DNA of 64,000 bases, taken from the NCBI GenBank assembly GCA_963931525.1, contig OZ007023.1, positions 1,878,993-1,942,992 on the forward strand, in the 5' to 3' direction. The notes under the pieces are model-generated. The model did no database searches. It was given only the letters and a program-made list of their open reading frames with translations, and was not told the DNA's origin. Positions 8,078 through 17,188 of this stretch are shown here, in pieces (the stretch's first letter is position 1; each line of letters begins with the position of its first letter). The stretch comes from an uncultured Oscillospiraceae bacterium (GTDB taxonomy: Bacteria > Bacillota > Clostridia > Oscillospirales > Acutalibacteraceae). A program made the translations under genes and the position numbers.

Positions 8078-9493
8078 TTAATCGTTACGGTAAAGCAGGT
8101 ACATAGTGATGCGGGATTTTGCGCCCGTCTTTTCGTACAGGGCGGAGATATGCCGTTCCACCGTCCGCTTGGACAGGAACAGGCAGTCGGCGATCTCCTG
8201 GGCGCTGCTGTCCGAAGAAATCATCTGGGAAAATACATCCCATTCCCGTTCGGTCAGCCCGTATTTTGCGATGAACGCCTCCCTGCGCTCTTCGTCCGAC
8301 TTTTGGGAAGCAGGCGGCTCCTTGGGCTCCATGACGGCGTTCATGCGGGCGGTATACACGGCCATAGCAACGCTGACCGCCACGAACAGCACCAGGGCGA
8401 TGACAATGGCGGCCAGGCTGTTGCCAGTGGCCAGCAGCGCCACCGATCCGTTGGTGATCAGGGCGGCGCTCACGTTATTCATGGCGCGGCCCATGCCCGC
8501 CCACAGCGACGGCAGGCGCATATGCCGGGAAAGCTCCATAAAGCTCGCTGTAAAGAAGACAACGAAAAAGCCCGAGGACAGGTAAAAGACCACCAGTCCG
8601 ATCAGGAACGGAGCGCCCAGGTTCAGTACCACAATGGACAGAACCGACATCATCATCACGCAGTACATAATAAGCCCCATATACTTCCGCTTGCGGATAT
8701 CGAAGACAAAGCCTGCGGCGAGGCCGCTGAATGCCAGCAGCAGGCGGGGCCACTGCCCGATATCCGTCCCGCTCGCATGACGGAGAGTCACGGCATTGTC
8801 CAGTGTGCTGAACACGCAGGCCATCAGCACTACCAGCAGCGCCAGCATAATGCCCGCCGTCCGTTTTTTCCGGGTGAGGGAAATGTCTTCCGCAGGTTCC
8901 GAAGAGGCGCCCGCAGTCTCCGTCATTTCGATGCGGCTTTGGGCGGCCTGTCTCGTTCGGATGACCAGCAGGCTCAAAGCCGCCAGGAATACCGAAAGAA
9001 ACGCCGCCTCCGCAACCTCCAGGTTGACAAGGTTGTTGTTTGCATACTGGAGCAGAATTCCCAGGGCGTAGGCGATCCCCGCCAGCCGTGCCAATGCATT
9101 GTCGCCGTCTATGGTGACGGCAGCCAGATAGTGGACGGCGCTGCCGAAAACGCCCAGCAGCAGGAAGAGCACCATCCCTGCCGTCATGGTCGCCGCATAG
9201 GAGATATGCTGCTGGACAATGAAGGTACAGATAATCGCACCCAGCGCCAGGATAAAGGTCAGCGCGCTTTTATAGCGCCTTCCAACCCAGCGTTCCATGG
9301 CCGGATACAAGAAAAAGCCGACGGCGCTGGCGCCCAGCGCATAGTTCTGGGCAATGACGGTTTTCCCTTCCGTCACCGACAGGGAGATCATATTGACAAA
9401 CAGATATTCCGCACCTAAAAAGACAAAAGTGAAAATGCCGACCAAAAGGATAAAGTGAATCGCCGGCTTGTTAAAAACAAAATGATGTTTCAT
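8078..9493 (-). CDS. Polytopic membrane protein fused to a C-terminal LuxR/GerE-type HTH
   Basis: 471 aa with about 10-12 hydrophobic helices. The C-terminus is LTEREWDVFSQMISSDSSAQEIADCLFLSKRTVERHISALYEKTGAKSR, a LuxR-family HTH signature. Confidence 0.85.
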   Translation of the reverse strand: MKHHFVFNKPAIHFILLVGIFTFVFLGAEYLFVNMISLSVTEGKTVIAQNYALGASAVGFFLYPAMERWVGRRYKSALTFILALGAIICTFIVQQHISYAATMTAGMVLFLLLGVFGSAVHYLAAVTIDGDNALARLAGIAYALGILLQYANNNLVNLEVAEAAFLSVFLAALSLLVIRTRQAAQSRIEMTETAGASSEPAEDISLTRKKRTAGIMLALLVVLMACVFSTLDNAVTLRHASGTDIGQWPRLLLAFSGLAAGFVFDIRKRKYMGLIMYCVMMMSVLSIVVLNLGAPFLIGLVVFYLSSGFFVVFFTASFMELSRHMRLPSLWAGMGRAMNNVSAALITNGSVALLATGNSLAAIVIALVLFVAVSVAMAVYTARMNAVMEPKEPPASQKSDEERREAFIAKYGLTEREWDVFSQMISSDSSAQEIADCLFLSKRTVERHISALYEKTGAKSRITMYLLYRND

Positions 9494-9510
9494 ATGTTTT
9501 CACCCCCGTC

Positions 9511-9726
9511 CTAGGGTTCTTTTACGATCTCAACCACATCGCCGATGTCGCAATCCAGAGTCAGGCAGATCCGTTCCAGTACGGAAAGAGCCACATATTC
9601 ATCCCTGTCCAGCTTTGCTATCGTAGAGGAGGACACATCTGCCAACTCTGTCAGGGCGGATTTTTTCATCTTTTTATCAATCAGCAATTTCCACAGCCGG
9701 TTGTACTGGACAGCCATACGCTTCAT
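9511..9726 (-). CDS. XRE/Cro-type HTH transcriptional regulator
   Basis: 71 aa. NRLWKLLIDKKMKKSALTELADVSSSTIAKLDRDEYVALSVLERICLTLDCDIGDV is a typical Cro/C1 HTH. Confidence 0.85.
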   Translation of the reverse strand: MKRMAVQYNRLWKLLIDKKMKKSALTELADVSSSTIAKLDRDEYVALSVLERICLTLDCDIGDVVEIVKEP

Positions 9727-9776
9727 CTTCCGCCTTGTTTATGGAAGACAGTATAGCACAAAAATCGTGAAAAGTA

Positions 9777-9814
9777 AATGGATTTTATGAGAAAAGTCAA
9801 TGGATTTTATGAGA
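9777..9814. promoter_or_regulatory. Two exact 16-bp direct repeats overlapping the -35 region of the XRE gene promoter
   Basis: AATGGATTTTATGAGA occurs at 9777-9792 and 9799-9814 (22-bp period). On the minus strand the copies carry TTGACT and TTTACT, and the latter lies 17 nt upstream of TATACT. Confidence 0.5.
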
Positions 9815-9856
9815 TATCACATATTTTTACGAATGTTAAGCCAAAAGAAAGCAGCC

Positions 9857-9882
9857 GCTCCTTTTACAGGCTCCTTTTACAG
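9857..9882. repeat. Perfect tandem duplication of a 13-mer
   Basis: GCTCCTTTTACAG at 9857-9869 and again at 9870-9882. Confidence 0.7.
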
Positions 9883-9979
9883 CCATAGACATTTACCGCT
9901 TTTTATTTCCAACGAGGTGAAGAAGCTAAAATACAGGGGAAAGGAGTACGATTATTTTCTGTTTACTCTGCAATGTTTA

Positions 9980-10381
9980 TTACCTCGACACCTTTGCTCT
10001 TAGGATATCCAAACATTCGCCACAGTGTAAACCACCATAGTAATCGAGTAACCCAAATCGAATATCCATTCGGCCACTATCTTCATCGGTGACCATAGTA
10101 CCTTGTCTTTTCATAAGCTCCTTTCCGGAATCGTCAGAGGAGTTTTCCTCCAACTCCTTCTTGTATACCTTTCTTAAATATTCATCAAAAATAGTTCTTC
10201 GAATCAAGGCCTTCTTTCCAATTTTATAGACCGAACCGGCTTCACGTGCCATACGTGTAAACACCTTCAGGCCGAGTCCATAATAATCGGCGCCTTGATA
10301 TAGTGTTATAAAATCATGCTTCTGCATCTCGATATCTTCGTCGTCAAGCATATCTGAGAACATCCAAAGGTTTCCACTCAT
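9980..10381 (-). CDS. Excisionase/HTH_17-like small DNA-binding protein (low-GC islet)
   Basis: RBS GAGGAGG. The motif GADYYGLGLKVFTRMAREAGSVYKIGKKALIRRTIFDEYL matches the excisionase-type winged-helix pattern (.A..aGA.yk.g...LI.R..FeeYL). The family assignment was made by eye. Confidence 0.55.
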   Translation of the reverse strand: MSGNLWMFSDMLDDEDIEMQKHDFITLYQGADYYGLGLKVFTRMAREAGSVYKIGKKALIRRTIFDEYLRKVYKKELEENSSDDSGKELMKRQGTMVTDEDSGRMDIRFGLLDYYGGLHCGECLDILRAKVSR

Positions 10382-10650
10382 ACTGGTTCCTCCTCGGATT
10401 TCAAGGTGCTTGGCTCATGAAACCTTTCCAAGTATTCCTCGAAGATATCACGATTGATCAAAACAGTACCATCCATACGGTAAATGGCTCCGGCTGCACT
10501 GGCAAGTTCTAATATTTTTTTGTGTTGCAAACTATAGATGATTTCGGCATCTTTATATCGCAGGAACTGTCTGCGAATCCTTTTAGCACTCTCCCTTACA
10601 TCGTTACGTTTTTTCAGGTCATAATATGCTCTTGTCTCTTCACTAATCAT
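10378..10650 (-). CDS. Excisionase/HTH_17-like small DNA-binding protein, paralogue of 9980..10381
   Basis: YSLQHKKILELASAAGAIYRMDGTVLINRDIFEEYLERF. Start set at MISEE (10650) behind AAAGGAA, because the longer ORF start would fall inside the terminator at 10701-10747. There is an ATGA overlap with the next gene. Confidence 0.55.
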   Translation of the reverse strand: MISEETRAYYDLKKRNDVRESAKRIRRQFLRYKDAEIIYSLQHKKILELASAAGAIYRMDGTVLINRDIFEEYLERFHEPSTLKSEEEPV

Positions 10651-10700
10651 TGTCTTTGTTCCTTTCGGTTTTAATTTTGTCATGACACAAGCAGACCTAA

Positions 10701-10747
10701 CAAAAAAAGAGAACACCTTCTGAAATTACTTTCAAAAAGTGTTCTCT
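10701..10747 (-). terminator. Intrinsic terminator about 140 nt downstream of lysS
   Basis: On the minus strand: AGAGAACAC-loop-GTGTTCTCT followed by TTTTTTTG. Confidence 0.6.
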
Positions 10748-10889
10748 ATACAGCAAGTACTGTATTGTGTTTTATCCTTACAACAATTCATTCTGCTTCA
10801 CAATTCTTCAAAATTATATGAAAAATTGTTGTCAATTTGTTGTCAACTCGGATTTGAGATGCCGAAAACCCTTGATTTTACTGGATTTT

Positions 10890-12383
10890 TTAGTCCAGAG
10901 GCTTCATTGTGGGGAACAGCAGGACATCGCGGATCGCCGGGGAATCCGTCAAGAGCATGACCATACGGTCAATGCCGAAGCCGATGCCGCCTGTGGGGGG
11001 CATACCGACCTCCAGCGCATACAGGAAGTCCTCGTCCGTGTGGTTCGCTTCCTCATCGCCCTGTGCCAAAAGCTCCTCCTGCGCGGCAAAACGTGCACGC
11101 TGATCTACAGGGTCGTTGAGTTCGGAATAGGCGTTCGCCATCTCCCAGCCGTTCATAAAGAACTCAAAACGCTCAACATATTCGGGGTTCTCCGGCTTTT
11201 TCTTGGTCAGCGGGGAGATCTCGATGGGATGATCCATGACAAACGTGGGCTGCACAAGGTGTGCCTCCGCGTATTCTTCAAAGAACAGATTTAAAATATC
11301 GCCCTTCTTGTGGCGCTGTTCAAATTCTATATTGTGCGCTTTTGCCGCAGCGCGCGCTTCCTCAAGCGTGTGGATCTCATTAAAATCGACGCCGGCATAC
11401 TGCTTGACGGCATCCACCATGGTGATGCGCGCAAAGGGCTTACCGAGATCCATTTCCACGCCGTTATATACGATTTTGGTCGTGCCGAGCACCGTTTGCG
11501 CCACATGGCGGTACAGGTTCTCGGTCAAGTCCATCATACCGTGGTAATCGGTATATGCCTGATACAGCTCCATGAGTGTGAACTCGGGATTGTGGCGCGT
11601 ATCAAGGCCCTCGTTACGGAACACCCTGCCGATCTCATAAACGCGTTCCAGTCCGCCGACGATCAAGCGCTTTAAATAAAGCTCCAGCGAAATACGCAGC
11701 TTTACGTCGGTGTCAAGTGCATTGAAATGCGTTTCAAACGGTCTTGCCGCCGCACCGCCCGCATTGGAAACGAGCATCGGCGTTTCAACCTCCATAAAGC
11801 CTTGCGCATCCAAATACTGCCGGATGGCGCGGATAATCTGAGAGCGCTTGACAAAGGTGTCGCGCACCTCGCGGTTCATAATGAGGTCAATATAGCGCTG
11901 GCGATAGCGCGTATCGGTATCCGTAAGGCCGTGGAATTTTTCGGGCAGCACCTGCAGGCTTTTCGAAAGCAGCGTCACTTCGCTGGCATGGATGGAAATT
12001 TCGCCTGTTTTGGTCTTGAACACCGCGCCGCGAATGCCGACGATATCGCCGATATCGAGCTTTTTGAATGCCTTGTACGGCTCGTCGCCGAGGCTGTCGC
12101 GCGAGACATACGCCTGAATGGTACCCGCAAGATCCTGCACATTGCAGAACGATGCCTTGCCCATGATGCGTTTGGACATCATGCGGCCCGCAACGCTGAC
12201 AGTCTGCCCTTCGAGCTTGTCAAAATTTGCTTTGATCTCTTCGCTGTGGTGCGTTACGTCATATTTGGTGCGCAGAAACGGGTCTTCGCCCGCCGCCTGC
12301 AGCGCCTGTAGCTTTTCAAGCCGGATGCGGTGCTGCTCACTGACGTCCTGCTGCACGGCATTCTGTCTTGCTTCATCTGCCAT
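10890..12383 (-). CDS. lysS: Lysine--tRNA ligase (class II)
   Basis: 497 aa with an OB-fold N-terminus and a class II core. The C-terminus reads [31 protein letters not shown]. Confidence 0.97.
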   Translation of the reverse strand: MADEARQNAVQQDVSEQHRIRLEKLQALQAAGEDPFLRTKYDVTHHSEEIKANFDKLEGQTVSVAGRMMSKRIMGKASFCNVQDLAGTIQAYVSRDSLGDEPYKAFKKLDIGDIVGIRGAVFKTKTGEISIHASEVTLLSKSLQVLPEKFHGLTDTDTRYRQRYIDLIMNREVRDTFVKRSQIIRAIRQYLDAQGFMEVETPMLVSNAGGAAARPFETHFNALDTDVKLRISLELYLKRLIVGGLERVYEIGRVFRNEGLDTRHNPEFTLMELYQAYTDYHGMMDLTENLYRHVAQTVLGTTKIVYNGVEMDLGKPFARITMVDAVKQYAGVDFNEIHTLEEARAAAKAHNIEFEQRHKKGDILNLFFEEYAEAHLVQPTFVMDHPIEISPLTKKKPENPEYVERFEFFMNGWEMANAYSELNDPVDQRARFAAQEELLAQGDEEANHTDEDFLYALEVGMPPTGGIGFGIDRMVMLLTDSPAIRDVLLFPTMKPLD

Positions 12384-12436
12384 AAGTTATTTCACTTCCT
12401 GCCTTTTCCGATTTCGGGGCGAGCCCCAAAACGCAT

Positions 12437-12907
12437 TTACCGGTCGATCGACACGATCTTGAAATCGAGCGTGCCGATGGGCGCTTCGACTGCGACCTTG
12501 TCGCCGACCTTGTGCCCGAGCAGCGCCTTGCCGACGGGAGACTCGTCCGAGATTTTCCCCTCGTCGGGGTTTGCCTGCGCAAAGCCGACGATCTGATAGG
12601 AAAATTTCTGGCGCTTATTGTTTTGAATGGTCACCTTGGAGCCGATGTGCACGATCTCGGTACTTACCGTGCTTTCATCGAACACCTTGGCGTTTTTGAT
12701 CATATTTTCGATCTCGTTGATGCGTGCTTCCAGCTTTGCCTGGTCGCTCATTGCTTCGTCATACTCGGCGTTTTCGGACAGGTCGCCGAAGCTGCGCGCC
12801 ACCTTGATCTTTTCCGCCGCCTCTTTTCTGCCGACGGTTTTCAGTTGTTCCAGCTCTTCTTCGAGTTCTTTGAGCCCTTCGGCGGTCAACAGCGTTTCCT
12901 GCAACAT
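12437..12907 (-). CDS. greA: Transcription elongation factor GreA
   Basis: MLQETLLTAEGLKELEEELEQLK...ARSFGDLSENAEYDEA. Start at 12907 behind AAAGGAG. The longer ORF is an upstream extension. Confidence 0.95.
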   Translation of the reverse strand: MLQETLLTAEGLKELEEELEQLKTVGRKEAAEKIKVARSFGDLSENAEYDEAMSDQAKLEARINEIENMIKNAKVFDESTVSTEIVHIGSKVTIQNNKRQKFSYQIVGFAQANPDEGKISDESPVGKALLGHKVGDKVAVEAPIGTLDFKIVSIDR

Positions 12908-12975
12908 TGCGGATAAACTCCTTTCGGTTTTTGCATTTACACAAATAGTTATTATACGAGAATTGCGGGGTCGTG

Positions 12976-13761
12976 TCAATAGATTTTCCCCGATTTTATC
13001 GGTCGCAGCGCATCGTAACAAAGCGTTTTCGGAAGCGGGACATTGCAAAGCTCATGCAGAGCCGAAACAAATTGCAGCGTGTTTGTATCGGGCGGGCGGC
13101 GCGCAGCCAATTCGTCCGGGAGCTTAAGTCCCGTGCCGGCATACACAGCACCCGTGGCAGTGCTTACGAGCTGCCCGGGGAAATACGGTGCGGCGTTCTC
13201 GGCAAACGGATGCAGCTGCACCGCGCAGGATCGAAGGGCAGCTTCGCTGTCCGATAAAATCAGCGGCAAACCCCGCCCGCAGAACACCTGCTCGCACACC
13301 GCTGCGTATCGCTGCGGGGCGGCCGTAAAAATACGGATATGCGCGGCAACATCCGCAAACGGCGGGATACAGTTTGCGAGCAGCCCGTTGCGGTCAGAGA
13401 TCCCCAGCAGCGGCAGAGGCGTGCCCTTCGTTTGCTTGCGAAGGTGCTGCAAGGCCGTTTGCAAAAAAAGATACGCGGGGAGAAAGCGCGGTCGGAAAAC
13501 CGCAAACGGTGCGGGCAGCGTTGGAAGCGTCCCGTTAGGAACGATGCGCTGTATGCAGCCGCCGAGCGGCAGCAGTAAGGAAAAATCCGTTTCGCCGTGT
13601 TTATCGGCATACAGCACGGCGGAATAGAAATACGCGCCGCCGCGCACGGCAACACGTGAAAGTTCAGGCGGCTTCGGTCTTTGGAACAGACGCACAAAGG
13701 GATTTCGCGCGCGGGAAAACGGTTCTGTTTTTAAGACAAGGAACATAAAAACACCCCACAT
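12976..13761 (-). CDS. Hypothetical protein
   Basis: 261-aa ORF co-directional with its neighbours. No motif recognised, and the start is uncertain (13761 or 13746). Confidence 0.55.
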   Translation of the reverse strand: MWGVFMFLVLKTEPFSRARNPFVRLFQRPKPPELSRVAVRGGAYFYSAVLYADKHGETDFSLLLPLGGCIQRIVPNGTLPTLPAPFAVFRPRFLPAYLFLQTALQHLRKQTKGTPLPLLGISDRNGLLANCIPPFADVAAHIRIFTAAPQRYAAVCEQVFCGRGLPLILSDSEAALRSCAVQLHPFAENAAPYFPGQLVSTATGAVYAGTGLKLPDELAARRPPDTNTLQFVSALHELCNVPLPKTLCYDALRPIKSGKIY

Positions 13762-13793
13762 ACAACCAATGTATGTGGGGCTGTGTCTAAAGA

Positions 13794-15017
13794 TTACGCC
13801 GCCGTGTCTTCTTCCGTCTCGCCGGTCAAAAGGCTGTATGCGCGCTGGTATTGGTCGTCGTCCGCCTGCTCGAGCAGCGGCAGCCGAACCGCCTTTTCAG
13901 AGGAAAGGACGACTTCTTCATCAGGAACGATTCCGACCTGATTGTAGCTTTCGCTGATGTAAGGATGGATCTCCGCTGTTGTGAGGATGATCGCACCGCC
14001 GTCGCTTAGCGCGAACACCTCTTGCAGGCAGCCATTGCCCGCCGTGGTCTCACCGATCAGGCGCGCCATGCCGTAGTCGCGCAAGTCGCAGGCGAACAGC
14101 TCCGCCGGGCCGGCTGTCTCACCGTTGACCAGCACCATCATCGACATGGAGACTGAGGAAGCCGCCGCCGTAAAGGTACGGCGGACAGAGCCATCCTTGG
14201 AATACGCGGTGGCAAGCGCGCCGCTGCCCTCGCTTGCTACGGGAACAAGCACATCCAACGTATTCGCGGCATATTCGATCGTCCCCGCCGAGCAGCCGCG
14301 CAAGTCAAAGATCAAGCTGGTCGCACCGTTCTCGGAAAGGGTTTCCACCGCCGCTTCCAGCTGACTTGCGGTGGTCGCGTAGAACGCGGTGATCTGCACA
14401 TAGCCGACTGTGCCGTTCAGACTTGTAAAAACCGTCTGCGCCGTATAGCCTTTGACCAGATTCACGGTCTGAGAAGCGCCGTCACGCGAAAACGTTACGG
14501 TCACGCTCGAAAGGCGGTCGCCTGTGAGGTTTTCCATAAGCTCGGTGTAATTATACGCTGTGACCGCTTCCTCGTTGATGCTGTCGATCCGATCACCTTT
14601 TTGCAATCCCGCAAGCGCCGCAGGAGAATTTTCGGACACTGCGGACACATAAAGCCCCGCATCCGTCGGGTCATAAAATACATTGGCACCGACGCCGACC
14701 ATCTGTCCCTGCATTTCGTCCAGATAGACCGCGTACTCCGCAGCGGTCATATAGTAACTGTATCGGTCGCCGATACCGCTGGCATAGCCTTCGGATAAAT
14801 CGGCGTTCAAAAGGCTGTCGTTGATCTCACCGAAATAGTTATTGCGGACGATATCGTCGATCTCGGAGACTGTGGAATACAGGCTCGTGCGGCTCGGCAG
14901 ATCCTTAATGATGGAATTGTAAACACGCATGGTCACAGCCGCCGTCACTGCGACTGAGCCGGCAATGGCAAGAAAAATGAGTGCCAGCGCAAGGCCCAAA
15001 GAAATTTTTCGGTTCAT
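13794..15017 (-). CDS. S41 (C-terminal processing peptidase) family protein with a PDZ domain; dyad positions appear substituted
   Basis: N-terminal TM anchor. PDZ segment GLYVSAVSENSPAALAGLQKGDRIDSINEEAV. S41 core blocks are LIFDLRGCSAGT, VLVNGETAGPAELFA (canonical VLVN.GSASASEIFA) and LIGETTAGNG (canonical GE.TFGKG). Confidence 0.85.
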   Translation of the reverse strand: MNRKISLGLALALIFLAIAGSVAVTAAVTMRVYNSIIKDLPSRTSLYSTVSEIDDIVRNNYFGEINDSLLNADLSEGYASGIGDRYSYYMTAAEYAVYLDEMQGQMVGVGANVFYDPTDAGLYVSAVSENSPAALAGLQKGDRIDSINEEAVTAYNYTELMENLTGDRLSSVTVTFSRDGASQTVNLVKGYTAQTVFTSLNGTVGYVQITAFYATTASQLEAAVETLSENGATSLIFDLRGCSAGTIEYAANTLDVLVPVASEGSGALATAYSKDGSVRRTFTAAASSVSMSMMVLVNGETAGPAELFACDLRDYGMARLIGETTAGNGCLQEVFALSDGGAIILTTAEIHPYISESYNQVGIVPDEEVVLSSEKAVRLPLLEQADDDQYQRAYSLLTGETEEDTAA

Positions 15018-15054
15018 AAAGGGTCCCCTTCCCGTTATTCGATATCCGATTCGA

Positions 15055-16281
15055 TCACGGGAGCCAGGGCTCGGGATTTACGCGCGTCCCGTTGACCCAC
15101 ACTTCAAAATGCAGGTGTGCGCCCGCATGGGGATTGGATGCAGACGGTCGGGGTGAAACGTTCCCCGTATTGCCGACATAGGCAATGATCTGCCCTTGTT
15201 TAACTGTCTGCCCTGCGGATACCACAATGCTGCTGCAGTGCGCATAGCGTGTATATACGCCGTCGCCGTGGTTGATATAAACGTTATTGCCCCAGCTGTA
15301 ATGGTATTCCGCAGAATACACGACGCCGTCCGCCGCCGCACGGATCGCCTTACCGTAGGTGTTGCCCGTGGCGCCGCGCGTGCAGAAATCGATGCCCTTA
15401 TGGTTGGCATAGCCGTACCAACCGGCGGAAACATATACGTTGGAATACTGCAGCGGGCAGATCATGCCTTTTGAGGAAACGGGGAACTCGGAAGGATCAG
15501 CATTGTCAACGGCTCCGCCGCTGCCGTTTTCCATGCCGTTCGCCTTATCATTGTCATAGGCTTCCATTGCCGCTTCCAATTCCGCCTGCAGTTCCTCGCT
15601 GTCTGTTATCTGCTGCTCAATATCATTTTGCTTGCTTTCCTGCAAGCTGCGCGCTTCCAGTTCTTCGGCACGGTCAGAGGCAAGCGCATCGCGTGCGGAC
15701 TGCTCCGCCGCCTGCTTTTGCTCAACCGCCGCCATATCTGCATCAAGCTGTGTCTTCGTCGTTTCCAGCTCGTTAATGTCCGCCTGCAGATCGGACACCA
15801 GGCTTGTATCGTATTCCGAAATGCGCCTTACCAGCTCCAAGCGCGTTAAAAACGTTTCAAAATCCTCGGCGCTCAAAAGCAGCTCCAGCGTGGAGGTAGA
15901 CCCGGCGACATAGGTCGCGTACAGCCGGTCGCCGAGCAGTTCATATGTATCGCTGATCTGCGCTTCCAGCTCAGTCTGGCGCTTTTCGGCTTCCTCGATT
16001 TTCGCTTCAAGCGAATCAATTTCAGACTGATACTGCGCAATAGCATCGTTGTACTCTGCGATTTGCGAATTGAGCTGCGTGATGCGGTCATTGATAACGT
16101 CCATTTCCGCCTGCAGATCATCCAAATCGCTGTTCAAAGAATCCTGCACCGCCTCCTGCTCGTCGATCTGAGACTGGAGCTCATCGCGATCCGTCGCCGC
16201 CGCAGGAGAAAGGCAGCAGCTTGCAAGCAGCACGAGTACCGCAAGCACGCCGACCATCCGTTTGGACCACAGCTTATTCAT
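15055..16281 (-). CDS. M23/LytM peptidase with a long N-terminal coiled coil (EnvC/PcsB-like FtsEX partner)
   Basis: Signal or anchor segment, then a heptad-rich Q/E/L/D region. The C-terminal LytM domain has HKGIDF (HxxxD) and HLHFE (HxH). Confidence 0.9.
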   Translation of the reverse strand: MNKLWSKRMVGVLAVLVLLASCCLSPAAATDRDELQSQIDEQEAVQDSLNSDLDDLQAEMDVINDRITQLNSQIAEYNDAIAQYQSEIDSLEAKIEEAEKRQTELEAQISDTYELLGDRLYATYVAGSTSTLELLLSAEDFETFLTRLELVRRISEYDTSLVSDLQADINELETTKTQLDADMAAVEQKQAAEQSARDALASDRAEELEARSLQESKQNDIEQQITDSEELQAELEAAMEAYDNDKANGMENGSGGAVDNADPSEFPVSSKGMICPLQYSNVYVSAGWYGYANHKGIDFCTRGATGNTYGKAIRAAADGVVYSAEYHYSWGNNVYINHGDGVYTRYAHCSSIVVSAGQTVKQGQIIAYVGNTGNVSPRPSASNPHAGAHLHFEVWVNGTRVNPEPWLP

Positions 16282-17188
16282 TGCTGACCACGCTCCTTTG
16301 CTCACGCAGGTATTTATTCATCGAAATCATACTGCCGACGCCGCCCGTGAATACGCCGATGGCGAGGAACACGCCGAACATTTGCAGCGCGTAATCCGCA
16401 AAGGGCACAAGCGTAAAGCCAAACGAACCGAACAGATCGGCAAACGAAACGGTAATGAGCTCATACAGCCCCCACAGCACGCCGAGGGAAACGATCGCCG
16501 AGATCACGCCGAGCAGGATACCTTCCACAAAGAAGGGCCAGCGGATAAACCCGTTCGTGGCACCGACGGCTTTCATGATATTGATCTCGAGCTTTCGGCT
16601 GAACATCGTGATGCGGATGGTGTTTGCAATAATGAACAGTGCCACCAGGAAAAGCAGCACCACGACGCCGACGCTTAAGATCGTGACCGCACGCCGCACG
16701 GATACAAGCCGGCTTGCAAGGTCGCTGTTCTCCCGGATCGTATCCACATGCTCGAGCGCGCGGATCTGCCCGACGGTCGTATCAAACTGGGATAGATCGG
16801 AAATCGTGACCTTGTAAGCGTCGGGCAGCGGATTGCCGCTCAAGCCCTCGAAAATGCTGCTGTCGCCGCCGAGGGAAGCCACCTGATCGGCAAACGCCTG
16901 GTCTTTCGGGACGAATTCACAGCTGCCGACATTGGGGAGCGCCTCAAGCGCCTCGCCCACGGAAGAAACCGTGGCTTCGTCGGCATTCATTTCAAGATAG
17001 ACCATGACGACGTTTTGCGCCTCGACACGGTCGAGAAGCGCGTTAATGTTGAAAAACGCCATGGCGCCTACGCCGATGATCACCAGACACGCGAGCAATA
17101 CGGTTACGGAGGCAAGCGACATCAGGCGGTTGACCCAAATATTGCGAAAGCCTTCGTGCGTTAAATATTTCAGACTTGCACCTTTCAT
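16274..17188 (-). CDS. ftsX: Cell-division ABC transporter permease FtsX
   Basis: 304 aa starting MKGASLKYLTHEGFRNIWVNRLMS. Four TM helices with a large first extracytoplasmic loop. It overlaps ftsE by 4 nt. Confidence 0.92.
   Translation of the reverse strand: MKGASLKYLTHEGFRNIWVNRLMSLASVTVLLACLVIIGVGAMAFFNINALLDRVEAQNVVMVYLEMNADEATVSSVGEALEALPNVGSCEFVPKDQAFADQVASLGGDSSIFEGLSGNPLPDAYKVTISDLSQFDTTVGQIRALEHVDTIRENSDLASRLVSVRRAVTILSVGVVVLLFLVALFIIANTIRITMFSRKLEINIMKAVGATNGFIRWPFFVEGILLGVISAIVSLGVLWGLYELITVSFADLFGSFGFTLVPFADYALQMFGVFLAIGVFTGGVGSMISMNKYLREQRSVVSNE

Noticed and set aside
9511-10889. Calling the islet a prophage or ICE. The same applies to the cassette at 37913-40659.
   Set aside because: There is no integrase, recombinase, transposase, or capsid, conjugation or replication gene in or beside either island. 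Only an origin from mobile DNA can be suggested.
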